A DNA stretch of 24,000 nucleotides, from NCBI GenBank assembly GCA_040765295.1, contig JAXGSB010000001.1, forward strand, positions 144,528 to 168,527, written 5' to 3'. The stretch comes from Candidatus Scatomorpha sp. (lineage in GTDB: Bacteria; Bacillota; Clostridia; Oscillospirales; Oscillospiraceae). Under the pieces are notes generated by a model. That model saw only the letters and a list, made by a program, of their open reading frames with translations, did no database searches and was not told the DNA's origin. The position numbers were made by a program, and so were the translations under genes. Positions 23,879 through 24,000 of the stretch are shown piece by piece; within the stretch, counting starts at the first letter, position 1, and every line of letters begins with the position of its first letter.

Positions 23879-24000
23879 ATGAAAAATAAAAGATTTTTTG
23901 CGCTTGCAATGAGCGTATTGCTTTTGCTGGGCATGCTGAGCGGATGCGGAGAAAATAAAGGAAGCTCTCCGCTGCCTCAGGAAACGCAGCAGGCAGAAGC
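23879..24000 (+). CDS. Lipoprotein, probably an ABC substrate-binding protein (3' end cut by window edge)
   Basis: MKNKRFFALAMSVLLLLGMLSGCGENKG is a signal peptide with lipobox LSGC, preceded by AAGGAAGGG. Only 40 codons are visible, so the function is inferred from context. Confidence 0.6.
   Translation, partial: MKNKRFFALAMSVLLLLGMLSGCGENKGSSPLPQETQQAE

Noticed and set aside
1-24000. CRISPR arrays, rRNA genes, tmRNA, and known defence systems (RM, CBASS, retron, Abi, classic TA pairs).
   Set aside because: No regularly spaced direct repeats, no rRNA- or tmRNA-like sequence, and no hallmark domains of these systems were seen in any credible ORF.

Overview
The window looks like a chromosomal segment from a Firmicute, probably Clostridia, judged only from gene content, gene order and roughly 50% GC. 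Most of it is conserved housekeeping. It starts with the 3' end of a TagH/Wzt-type ABC ATPase, followed by a CGPC thioredoxin-like lipoprotein and an EEP-family phosphoesterase. The infC-rpmI-rplT operon follows on the minus strand, with an L20-leader-like attenuator. The plus strand then carries the conserved hprK-murB-rapZ-yvcK-whiA block, ireB (minus strand), a stand-alone tRNA-Arg(CCG), apbE, recG, and a pheB-like ACT gene with hom and aspartate kinase. Three parts are accessory or unexplained. (1) 3051-6184 is a minus-strand four-gene cassette: a MacroD-type macro domain fused to an XRE-like HTH, a cytoplasmic vWA/MIDAS protein, a 91-aa orphan, and an EcsC-like protein with a SHOCT tail. 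I cannot assign it to any described system, and it is my best candidate for something new. Its distal two genes are clearly lower in GC. (2) A complete IS200-type element (tnpA only) fills the gap between the convergent whiA and ireB genes, with matching left and right subterminal hairpins and an SD-sequestering structure. (3) After the aspartate kinase terminator comes about 760 bp of AT-rich sequence with no convincing gene. It contains a start-less 78-codon open frame and a structured leader ending in a terminator-like hairpin. A lower-GC cluster follows: a FepC/BtuD-type ABC ATPase, a signal-peptide-less binding-protein-like protein, a SAM methyltransferase and the start of a lipoprotein. 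I found no CRISPR array, rRNA or recognisable known defence system. All functional calls come from reading motifs by eye; no searches were run.
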